The notes under the pieces: model-generated | Told to the model about the DNA's origin: nothing | The model's database searches: none | What the model saw: the letters and a program-made list of their open reading frames with translations, nothing else | Source: Verrucomicrobiia bacterium | GTDB taxonomy: Bacteria > Verrucomicrobiota > Verrucomicrobiia > Limisphaerales > UBA11358 | Assembly (NCBI GenBank): GCA_035945675.1 | Contig: DASZAB010000050.1 | Span: 5,312-69,311 of the forward strand | Direction: 5' to 3' | Length of the DNA stretch: 64,000 nt | Program-made: the position numbers and the translations under genes | In this document: positions 1 through 7,352 of the stretch, piece by piece | Layout of the letters: each line of letters begins with the position of its first letter | Numbering within the stretch: the first letter of the stretch is position 1

Positions 1-833
1 CTGCCGCTGACCTGATTGTCCTCGATGCGATTATTATACCCATTCACATAAATGCCCGCGTCAGCCGTGCTGCCGCTGCTGTTGTTTCCGACGCAGGTAT
101 TGCCGATGATTTCGCTGCCCGCTGAAATCAGGTAAATGCCGCTGTTGATGTTGTTCTGGATCCAGCAGCCGGACACCGTTCCCGGAGTGACATAAATCCC
201 ATAATGCCCGTTGTTGGCGGCGCTGCAATTTCGCACGGTACCGTCGGCTGCGATAATGCCACTGTTTCCATTATAGCTGGCATCGCAATCCGTTATCTGA
301 CCGCCACCGAAGACGTAGATGCCGGCGTATTGATTGCTGATGCTCAGGCAATTCCGCACCAACGCCGGCGAGGAGGAAAAAATGCCATATTGTCCACAGC
401 TTGAAACAGCCAGGCGCTCCAGGACGATGCCGCGCGAAGTGTTCGGCAACACCACGACGCCATTCTGCCACCCGCTGATCGAGCCGTTGCGCACCGTGAC
501 GTTGATCTGGCTGGCCGGCATATAAATTCCATTGGCGGAGCTTGGTCCACCCGCCAGAGCGAAGCCGTTCAAATCCACCGTCACGTTGTTGTTGGAAATG
601 GTGATGCCGTTGCCGGTGGCGGCGGAGAGATTGGTGCCGAGATAATACGAGCCGGACGCCGTAATGGTGAACGGCAGGGACGAAATTGGCGTGCGCGGCT
701 CGACCTGGTCGAGCGACTTCATCGTCGGCGCGGGCGGGCCGGACGGCGTGAGGCTGCCTTGCGCGGGCAAGGCTGAAGGCTGAAGGCTAAAGGCCGAAAG
801 GAGCGCGATGAGGATTAAATTCCGAGTTTTCAT
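1..833 (-). CDS. secreted right-handed parallel beta-helix repeat protein, paralogue 1 (3' end outside window)
   Basis: ATG at 833-831. My own minus-strand translation stays open to position 1; it is absent from the ORF track because it is open-ended. It reads MKTRNLILIALLSAFSLQPSALPAQGSLTPSGPPAPTMKSLDQVEPRTPISSLPFTITASGSYYLGTNL... and has the same signal peptide, N-terminal module and beta-helix rungs as 852-1862. Confidence 0.8.
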   Translation of the reverse strand, partial: MKTRNLILIALLSAFSLQPSALPAQGSLTPSGPPAPTMKSLDQVEPRTPISSLPFTITASGSYYLGTNLSAATGNGITISNNNVTVDLNGFALAGGPSSANGIYMPASQINVTVRNGSISGWQNGVVVLPNTSRGIVLERLAVSSCGQYGIFSSSPALVRNCLSISNQYAGIYVFGGGQITDCDASYNGNSGIIAADGTVRNCSAANNGHYGIYVTPGTVSGCWIQNNINSGIYLISAGSEIIGNTCVGNNSSGSTADAGIYVNGYNNRIEDNQVSG

Positions 834-851
834 GGAATTACTGGTTGCCGA

Positions 852-1862
852 TTAAAACGAAAAGTTCGCCCACGGATTCGAGTTGGTGATGGTTCCGGCG
901 GTCGTGATCAACGGCCCGATAATTTGGGAGGCGGGGATAACGTAGTTATTGGCGCCGTTGCCGGTGACCGAGTTCCTGATGATGAGATTATTGGATGCGC
1001 CGGCGGCCGCGACCTGGATACCGGCATGGCCGCTGCCGATCACGTGATTATCTTCAACGCGGTTGTTGCCGGTCGCCAGGTAGATGCCCGCGTCGTTGGC
1101 GCCGGCGTTCTGATTATTACCCAGGCAGGTGTTGCCCGTGAGTTGACAGCCGGACGCGCCCGCGTAAATGCCGCTGAAAGTGTTGGTTTCGATGACGCAG
1201 TCGGAGACTTTGCCGGGTGCGGCAAAGATGCCGTAGAGGTTGAACTCCAGCACGCAACCGCTCACCTGGGAGTCGAAGGTGTCGATGCCGTCGAAGCCGC
1301 AGTTTTCCACCACGCAATGGCGGATTTCCGAGACGTCGGCGGCGATGCCGGTGTTGCCGCTCCCGTCCACCTGACAGTCACGGATGACGCTGCCGTAGGC
1401 GTCGATGCCAAAGCCGCCCACATCCGAGACGGTGAGCCGTTCAAAAATCGTGTTTTCACCATTGAACGCCTCCACGCCGCTGCCGTTCCAGCCGCGCACC
1501 GTGCCGTTACGCACGGTGAGGTTGAGGTAAAGGGCATTGGTGGGGACGAAGATGCCGTCCAGGGAACCGGGCACGCCCAAAAGCCGGAAGCCGTTCAGGT
1601 CAAGCGTCACGTCGCCGCTGGCGATGGTGATACCGTTGGCGCCGCTGACGCCGGTGAGGTTGGTGGTCAGGTAATAGGAGCCGGGGTTGGTGATGGTGTA
1701 GGGCAGCAACGAGACCGGTGTGCGGGCTTCGATCTGGTTCAGCGACTTCATCGTCGGGGCGGGCGGCCCGGGCGGCGTGAGGCTGCCTTGCGCGCGCAAG
1801 GCTGAAGGTTGAAGGCTGAAGGCCGAAATGAGCGCGATGACGATTGAATTCCGAATTTTCAT
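852..1862 (-). CDS. secreted right-handed parallel beta-helix repeat protein, paralogue 2
   Basis: 336-aa ORF with a signal peptide (ALISAFSLQPSALRAQG). It carries the conserved module SLTPPGPPAPTMKSLNQIEARTP..PGSYYLTTNL..VTLDLNGF and repeated G-I/C-x-N rungs typical of NosD/pectate-lyase-like beta-helices. C-terminus is PWANFSF. Confidence 0.85.
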   Translation of the reverse strand: MKIRNSIVIALISAFSLQPSALRAQGSLTPPGPPAPTMKSLNQIEARTPVSLLPYTITNPGSYYLTTNLTGVSGANGITIASGDVTLDLNGFRLLGVPGSLDGIFVPTNALYLNLTVRNGTVRGWNGSGVEAFNGENTIFERLTVSDVGGFGIDAYGSVIRDCQVDGSGNTGIAADVSEIRHCVVENCGFDGIDTFDSQVSGCVLEFNLYGIFAAPGKVSDCVIETNTFSGIYAGASGCQLTGNTCLGNNQNAGANDAGIYLATGNNRVEDNHVIGSGHAGIQVAAAGASNNLIIRNSVTGNGANNYVIPASQIIGPLITTAGTITNSNPWANFSF

Positions 1863-1880
1863 AGAATTATTGGTGGACGG

Positions 1881-2876
1881 TTAATGTGAAATGTTCGCCC
1901 ACGGACTGGTGGCCGTGGCGGCGGTGCCGATGGGGCCGAAATCATTGTTGCCCGGGTTCTGATAATTACCCGAGCCATTGCCGGTCACGGTGTTGCGGAT
2001 GACCACATTATTAGTGTATCCGGAACCGGTGATTTCAATGCCTGCAACGCCGGCGGCCGTCACCACGTGGTTGTTCTCAATCCGGTTGTTGCTGCTGCTG
2101 ATCAACAGGTTGACCGATCGATTGGTAATGCAACTGTTGCCGATGATCTCCCAGCCGGAAGCGGTCAAGGAAATGCCATAAACGGTGTTGCCGGCCACCA
2201 GACACCCCGACAGAGTGCCGTAGGCCAGCGGGCTGCCATAGCCGTTTATGTTGATGCCCGCGTCGCCATTGTTGTTGATGACCACGCAGTCGGAAACCAG
2301 CCCGCCGGAAATCGTGATCGCCGAGTAACCCGCTCCGGATCCGTCATTCTCACACAAACAATCGCGGATTATCGAAGGCGCGGCGGTGGAAAAATTAAAG
2401 ATGGCATCGCCGGTGCAGTTTAAAACCTTGATGTGCTCCACACAGGTGTTGGGCGCGGACGAAACCACGCCGTCACCCCAACCGCTGATTGTGCCATTGC
2501 GCACCGTGACATCGTTGGCGCCCGCATCAATGTTAATCCCGATCGAGCCCACACCGCCTCCCAGGAGGGTGAAACCATTCAGGTCAATCGTGACGTGATT
2601 GGTCATGACTTCGATGCCGTCTTTGCCGCTGACGCCCGGAACATTGGCGGTCAGATAATAGGAACCTGGATTGGTGATCGCGAATTCGCCAAATCCCCCA
2701 GCCGGTGTGTGGACCACGTCCACCGGCGTCCGCGGCTCGACCTGGTCGAGCGTCTTCATCAGCGGCGCCGGCGGGCCGGGCGGCGTCAGCGCGCCCTGGG
2801 CACAAAGGGATGAAGGACAAAGGATGAAGAATGAAAGCAGCACCGCCGCGAAGACAACGAAAATGCTGGTTTTCAT
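1881..2876 (-). CDS. secreted right-handed parallel beta-helix repeat protein, paralogue 3
   Basis: ORF 1881-2903. The likely start is the internal ATG at 2876 (MKTSIFVVFAAVLLSFF..., signal peptide). Same N-terminal module (ALTPPGPPAPLMKTLDQVEPRTP, PGSYYLTANV, VTIDLNGF); C-terminus is PWANISH. Confidence 0.8.
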   Translation of the reverse strand: MKTSIFVVFAAVLLSFFILCPSSLCAQGALTPPGPPAPLMKTLDQVEPRTPVDVVHTPAGGFGEFAITNPGSYYLTANVPGVSGKDGIEVMTNHVTIDLNGFTLLGGGVGSIGINIDAGANDVTVRNGTISGWGDGVVSSAPNTCVEHIKVLNCTGDAIFNFSTAAPSIIRDCLCENDGSGAGYSAITISGGLVSDCVVINNNGDAGININGYGSPLAYGTLSGCLVAGNTVYGISLTASGWEIIGNSCITNRSVNLLISSSNNRIENNHVVTAAGVAGIEITGSGYTNNVVIRNTVTGNGSGNYQNPGNNDFGPIGTAATATSPWANISH

Positions 2877-3082
2877 AGGGGATTCAAGGTTATCTCCACT
2901 CACTTTAAAAAGATTTCGAGCTGATATTACTCTTACGCCTCGTCCTCCTTAAATGCAAACGAAAAACCGGTGGTCGGGACATTTTTGCAGCTGTCAGCCT
3001 GGCAGGTTTTAACCGGTGCGAATTGGCGCAATTCGCGTCAAGGCCTCTGAGTTCCTTCGTTGGCAGTGTCCGAATTTCGCTC

Positions 3083-3129
3083 GGAGTTCCGCCTTCAGGC
3101 GGCTCGGAACCGCGTAAACGCGGAACTCC
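3083..3129. repeat. palindromic element, family CCGCCTTCAGGCGG / GCGGAACTCC
   Basis: GGAGTTCCGC (3083-3092) pairs with GCGGAACTCC (3120-3129). An inner CCGCC-TTCAG-GCGG hairpin is present. A second copy with the same architecture lies at 32936-32981. Confidence 0.7.
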
Positions 3130-3233
3130 AAACTTCAAATCAGGATACTGCCCCTTCGTTCGCAAAGTTGACAGCTTTGCCCCTGCCGACCATGCTGGCC
3201 GTCGGCCATGCTTGACCAAACCCGCAGCGTCCT

Positions 3234-4397
3234 GTGAAAGGCATTCCCCATGACAGATGGTTCGGCTGGTTAAGTCTCCTGATTGTGGCGGGTTACTTCG
3301 TGGTCGGCCTGTGGCCGTTTGATTTCCACCCTGCCAATCGCGTCAGTTGGCTGGCAGACCGTCCCGGGCTGGATTTTCAACCCTACGGAATTGCCTATGA
3401 CGCCGCGTCGCTGCCGCGGCCTGCGCCAAGTGACGGCGCCGGACCGTCCGCCGCCTTTACCGTAGAACTGTGGATCGAAACGGACCAGGAACCGGCCAAC
3501 AACGTGTTTAACATCCTGACCGTCCACAATCCCCAATTGCCGTTTGATTTTGTGCTTGGCCAATGGAAGCGGGATTTTTTGCTGCGGGCCACAACCCAGC
3601 ACCGGCCGCCAACAGCCAAAATTCCCGAGACAGGCGTGGACGAGGCGTTGACGGAAGGAAAGCCACAATGTTTCACCGTCCGCAGTGACGGAGCAGGAAC
3701 TGATTTTTATCTGGGTGGAACCATGGCCGGACATTTCCCTCAATTCGTCTTGAACGAGGAAGCGTTGGATGGACGGTTGATTCTCGGCAACAGCGCTTCG
3801 GGAAAACATCCATGGACCGGGCGACTGTTCGGATTCGCCCTCTACCACCGCGCACTGGCAGCGACGGAAATTGCCGGACATTCTGCGCTCTGGACGCAAG
3901 GCCGGGCCGGGCAGCTCACGAATGCTTCCGGGCTGACGGCGCTCTACCTGTTCGACGAAGGTCGTGGGCGGTCGGCGGCGGATTCTTCGGCCAACCACCA
4001 TCATGTCATCATTCCCGCGATCTTTGAACCGGTCCATCGGAATTTGTTGATACCGCCCTGGAGCGACCTGTCTTACCGCGAGCCGGATTATCCGGACATT
4101 GCTGTCAACATTCTTGGTTTCGTGCCGTTCGGATTCTGCTTTTTCCTCCATCGCCGCTCGCTCAAGCCGGTGCAAAAAATCACCAACTCTTTGCGGGTGG
4201 TTCTCAGCGGTGCGGCGGTCAGTCTGGCAATTGAAATCATCCAGGCCTGGCTGCCCGACCGGACATCCTCCGTGACCGACTTGTTAACGAATACCACCGG
4301 CACGCTGCTGGGCGTGGTCCTGGCCCTGGCGCTCCGACGCAACATCACAAAAGCCGAACCTGCAACGAGGCCCGGCGGGAGTAGCGCAGATTGGTAA
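3234..4397 (+). CDS. membrane protein with LamG/concanavalin-like central domain and VanZ-like C-terminal membrane domain
   Basis: 387-aa ORF. It has an N-terminal TM (WLSLLIVAGYFVVGLWPF) and a central LamG-like stretch (LILGNSASGKHPWTGRLFGFALYHRAL). The C-terminal VanZ-like helices are NILGFVPFGFCFFL and VTDLLTNTTGTLLGVVLALAL. Confidence 0.65.
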   Translation: MKGIPHDRWFGWLSLLIVAGYFVVGLWPFDFHPANRVSWLADRPGLDFQPYGIAYDAASLPRPAPSDGAGPSAAFTVELWIETDQEPANNVFNILTVHNPQLPFDFVLGQWKRDFLLRATTQHRPPTAKIPETGVDEALTEGKPQCFTVRSDGAGTDFYLGGTMAGHFPQFVLNEEALDGRLILGNSASGKHPWTGRLFGFALYHRALAATEIAGHSALWTQGRAGQLTNASGLTALYLFDEGRGRSAADSSANHHHVIIPAIFEPVHRNLLIPPWSDLSYREPDYPDIAVNILGFVPFGFCFFLHRRSLKPVQKITNSLRVVLSGAAVSLAIEIIQAWLPDRTSSVTDLLTNTTGTLLGVVLALALRRNITKAEPATRPGGSSADW

Positions 4398-4477
4398 TCT
4401 GCCGTTTCGCCGACTGAAAGTCGGCAGGCATTGCGGATTGCCAAGCCACGACACGGCAGACTGACAGTCTGCGCTAT
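4381..4477. repeat. REP-like element (GTAGC...GCTAC family, variant)
   Basis: Three short hairpins (GCAGAT-tggta-ATCTGC, GCCGAC-tgaaa-GTCGGC, GCAGAC-tgac-GTCTGC) are bracketed by GTAGCGCAGA...TCTGCGCTAT. The stop codon of the upstream gene (4395-4397) lies inside the element. Confidence 0.65.
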
Positions 4478-4873
4478 AGTGATTGGTCCGCATGAGCCGG
4501 TAATGCCCGCCACCGCCATGTCAGTGACGATTGCCACGCCACTCCGACATGCCAGCCGCGGCACGGACCCCACCCCACCGCCACCGCGGGCCGACGCCAG
4601 CCGCCTTTTAACAAGGTGCCGGGAACGTACCGGGACTTTCAGGTGGCCGCCGGAGCGGAATATCGGTTCTGCGCGGTCTTACGTTTGACGTGGAAGGCGG
4701 TTATTCCGTGGGGCACGAGATTGGTTACATGGACATTGACCAGGCCGTTTTGTTCGGCAGCGCCCCTTACTTCCAGGCGGCTTGAGATACCGGTTTTGAC
4801 GACCGGTAACCAGGCGGAGCGCGGACAGCCATGTTGCTTTGTAGAAATGATCGTCCGGCCTCAAGAGTTCATT

Positions 4874-4986
4874 TCCCGCTCCCCGCAGCGAAGCGCGGGG
4901 AGAGGGGCAGGGAGAGGGGCCGTTCAACAAAAAACCACCTCTCCCCGACCCTCTCCCCCAACTTCGTTGGCGGAGAGGGAGATAAG
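4874..4986. repeat. CTCTCCCC/GGGGAGAG palindromic element cluster
   Basis: CTCCCCGC...GCGGGGAG, GGGGCAGGGAGAGGGG...CCTCTCCCCGACCCTCTCCCCC and CTCTCC...GGAGAG inverted repeats. A related copy lies at 29240-29300. Confidence 0.6.
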
Positions 4987-5218
4987 ATGGAGGTGTCGTT
5001 TCCGGGTTTGATGTTTTCTACAAACCAACAGCCATGTCCGCGTGCATCCATCCTCTGCAGGTCGTCCAGCGCATTCATCAGCATCAACAGCCAATCCGCG
5101 GACTCTGCCGTCCGCGCCCCTTTTCCGTCGGGCAATATGTCTTCGAGTTGCATCGGCCGGCGGCCGGGAATTTGAAAATTCTTTCGCCGGGGGGATTTAA
5201 CCCTTAGCCTTCCGGCGG

Positions 5219-6091
5219 ATGCTTGAGCAAACCGTCCAGATTGTCTCTAACGAGCGCGATACCGACTCTTATTTTCGCCTTGTCCTGCGCGCGCCGCAAA
5301 TCGCGCCGCTCATCCAGCCCGGCCAATTTGCCCACGTCCGCGTGCAGCCGCTCAAAGATGCCCTGCTCCGCCGGCCGTTCAGCATCTTCCAGGTTTCCGG
5401 CGACACTTTTTCCATCCTCTATAAAACGGTCGGCAAAGGCACCGACGCGCTCGCCCGAATGGGTGCCGGCGAGGAATTGAGCGTGATTGCGCCGCTCGGC
5501 CACGGATTTACCGTGCCCCAACGCGGGGGCGAAACTCCCCTCCTCGTCGCCGGTGGCTATGGCATGGCGGCGATGTATCTGCTGGCCCAACGGTCGCCCC
5601 GGAAGGGCATCGTCTTCGTCGGCGGCCGGCGGCGTGTGGACATTTTGTGTGAAAAGGAATTTCAGGCGCTGGGCTGGGACGTACGGGTGACTACCGAGGA
5701 CGGCAGTCACGGCGAAAAGGGATTGGTTACGCAACCGTTGCTGGCGGAATTGCGCAGGAGCCGAGGCGACGAGGCTCAAACTAAAGAATCGGAAAGCGGA
5801 CGACGGAAATCGGAAATCAGCCAGAGCCTCCTGACGTCGGCTGCTACCCGCCAGAAGGTGAAGATTTACGCGTGTGGCCCGACACCAATGCTCAAGGCGG
5901 TTGGCAAAATCGCTAGGGATTCCAGTGTCCCGGCGGAACTTTCGATGGATGAACATATGTGTTGCGGCGTCGGCGTCTGCCTGACATGCGTGATTCCCAT
6001 CAAGACCGGTGACACCTGGGAATACCAGCGCACCTGCACCGAGGGACCGGTGTTTGACGCGCGTGACATCGTTTGGGAAGTGACAAAATGA
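5219..6091 (+). CDS. pyrK: dihydroorotate dehydrogenase (class 1B) electron-transfer subunit
   Basis: 290 aa. FAD/NAD-binding fold ([17 protein letters not shown]) and a C-terminal 2Fe-2S motif [11 protein letters not shown]...C. It lies directly upstream of pyrD. About 30 aa longer than typical PyrK (see findings). Confidence 0.9.
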   Translation: [290 protein letters not shown]

Positions 6092-6126
6092 TTTTTTGAA
6101 AATGGAACATCGAACATCCAACATTC

Positions 6127-6204
6127 AACATCCAACATCCAACGGCACCGACAGTAGCGTGGCATCTCTGGAGGTTCGGCGTTGGGCGTTGGATGTTGGA
6201 TGTT
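6127..6204. repeat. intercistronic low-complexity hairpin (AACATCC words)
   Basis: Perfect 18-nt inverted repeat: AACATCCAACATCCAACG (6127-6144) and CGTTGGATGTTGGATGTT (6187-6204). It sits between the pyrK stop (6091) and the pyrD start (6233). Confidence 0.8.
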
Positions 6205-6232
6205 TTCTTCCATCCCGCTTGGAAGCGCATTC

Positions 6233-7147
6233 ATGAATCTCTCCGTCCAAATCGGCAAACTAAAGCTGCGAAACCCAGTGATGGTCGCTTCCGGAACGTT
6301 TGGTTATGGCGTCGAATACGCCCAGCTCCTTGACTTGAACCAGCTCGGCGCGGTGGTGGTCAAAGGCATCCGGCTCGGCCCGGTCCGCGGCAACGCCACG
6401 CCGCGCACGGTCGAGGTGGCGAGCGGGCTTATCAACGCCATTGGCTTGCAGGGACCGGGCGTGGACGGGTTCATCAAGAAGTACTGGCCTTTTCTCAAAA
6501 CCCTGAAGGTTCCGACCATCATCAATATCTGGGGCACCACCGTCGAGGAATATGCCGAAGTCGCGGAAAGCTTCGACGCGCTCGGCGGCGTCGGCGCGCT
6601 GGAACTCAATGTCTCCTGCCCCAACATCAAGAAGGGCGGCGCGCAATTCGGTACCGACTTGAAATTGCTGGCACAAGTCGTTGCGGCCTGCCGCAAAGTG
6701 ACAAAGCTGCCGCTGATTACCAAGATGAGTCCGAACGTGGTGTGCCTCGCGCCTTTCGCTCAAGCGGCGGAGGACGCCGGCAGTGATGCGTTGTCCATCA
6801 TGAACAGTTACCCAGCCATGGCGATTGACATCGAGACACGCCGGCCGAAGCTGGCCAACGTGACCGGCGGCCTGACCGGGCCGTGCATCAAGCCGATTGC
6901 CATCAAGCTCGTCTGGGAGGCGGCGAAAGCCGTGAAAATTCCCATCATCGGCATGGGTGGCATTCAAAACGCGGCGGACGCAATTGAATTCATGGTGGCC
7001 GGCGCGACCGCGGTGGCGGTCGGCACGGCCAATTTCTACGAACCCCAGACGCCGTTGCAGGTGATTGCCGGCATCCGCGAGTTCATGGAAAAACACAATC
7101 TGAACAATGTGAAAGAAATAATCGGCAGTGTGGCAGTAGAAAGATAA
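6233..7147 (+). CDS. pyrD: dihydroorotate dehydrogenase catalytic subunit, class 1B
   Basis: ORF 6182-7147. The likely start is the ATG at 6233 (MNLSVQIGKLKLRNPVMVASGTFGYG). Active-site NVSCPN is present and the C-terminal FMN-binding motifs are intact. Confidence 0.9.
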   Translation: MNLSVQIGKLKLRNPVMVASGTFGYGVEYAQLLDLNQLGAVVVKGIRLGPVRGNATPRTVEVASGLINAIGLQGPGVDGFIKKYWPFLKTLKVPTIINIWGTTVEEYAEVAESFDALGGVGALELNVSCPNIKKGGAQFGTDLKLLAQVVAACRKVTKLPLITKMSPNVVCLAPFAQAAEDAGSDALSIMNSYPAMAIDIETRRPKLANVTGGLTGPCIKPIAIKLVWEAAKAVKIPIIGMGGIQNAADAIEFMVAGATAVAVGTANFYEPQTPLQVIAGIREFMEKHNLNNVKEIIGSVAVER

Positions 7148-7222
7148 TTTACGATTTGCGATATACGATTTGCGCGCCGCCTCCCGATTTCCGGTCACGC
7201 GTAAAGGGAGCTCTCTGATAAC

Positions 7223-7301
7223 GTAGCAGCGGACGGGAGTCCGATCACTTTTGATTCAAACGGCCAGGGAAAAGATGGAGCCGACTCACGTCGGCTGCTA
7301 C
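7223..7301. repeat. REP-like element GTAGCAGC...GCTGCTAC
   Basis: GTAGCAGCGGACGGGAGTCCG ... GCCGACTCACGTCGGCTGCTAC. It is nested between low-complexity arms ATATACGATTT (7161-7171) and AAATCGTATAT (7330-7340). Confidence 0.75.
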
Positions 7302-7352
7302 TAAATCGCAGATCGTGGCGTAAAATCGTAAATCGTATATTGTATATCGAAC

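Noticed and set aside
4616-5011. ORF beginning MPGTYRDF, reminiscent of the RAYT N-terminus MPGTYHNL.
   Set aside because: Similarity is limited to five residues. The rest is Arg-rich and reads through repeat elements.
6092-6232. Tandem short repeats (AACATCC words here and similar words at 770-800, 7148-7176 and 21190-21230) as a possible CRISPR array or VNTR.
   Set aside because: Units are 7-9 nt and have no spacers. They form inverted-repeat stems rather than repeat-spacer arrays, and no cas genes are in the window.
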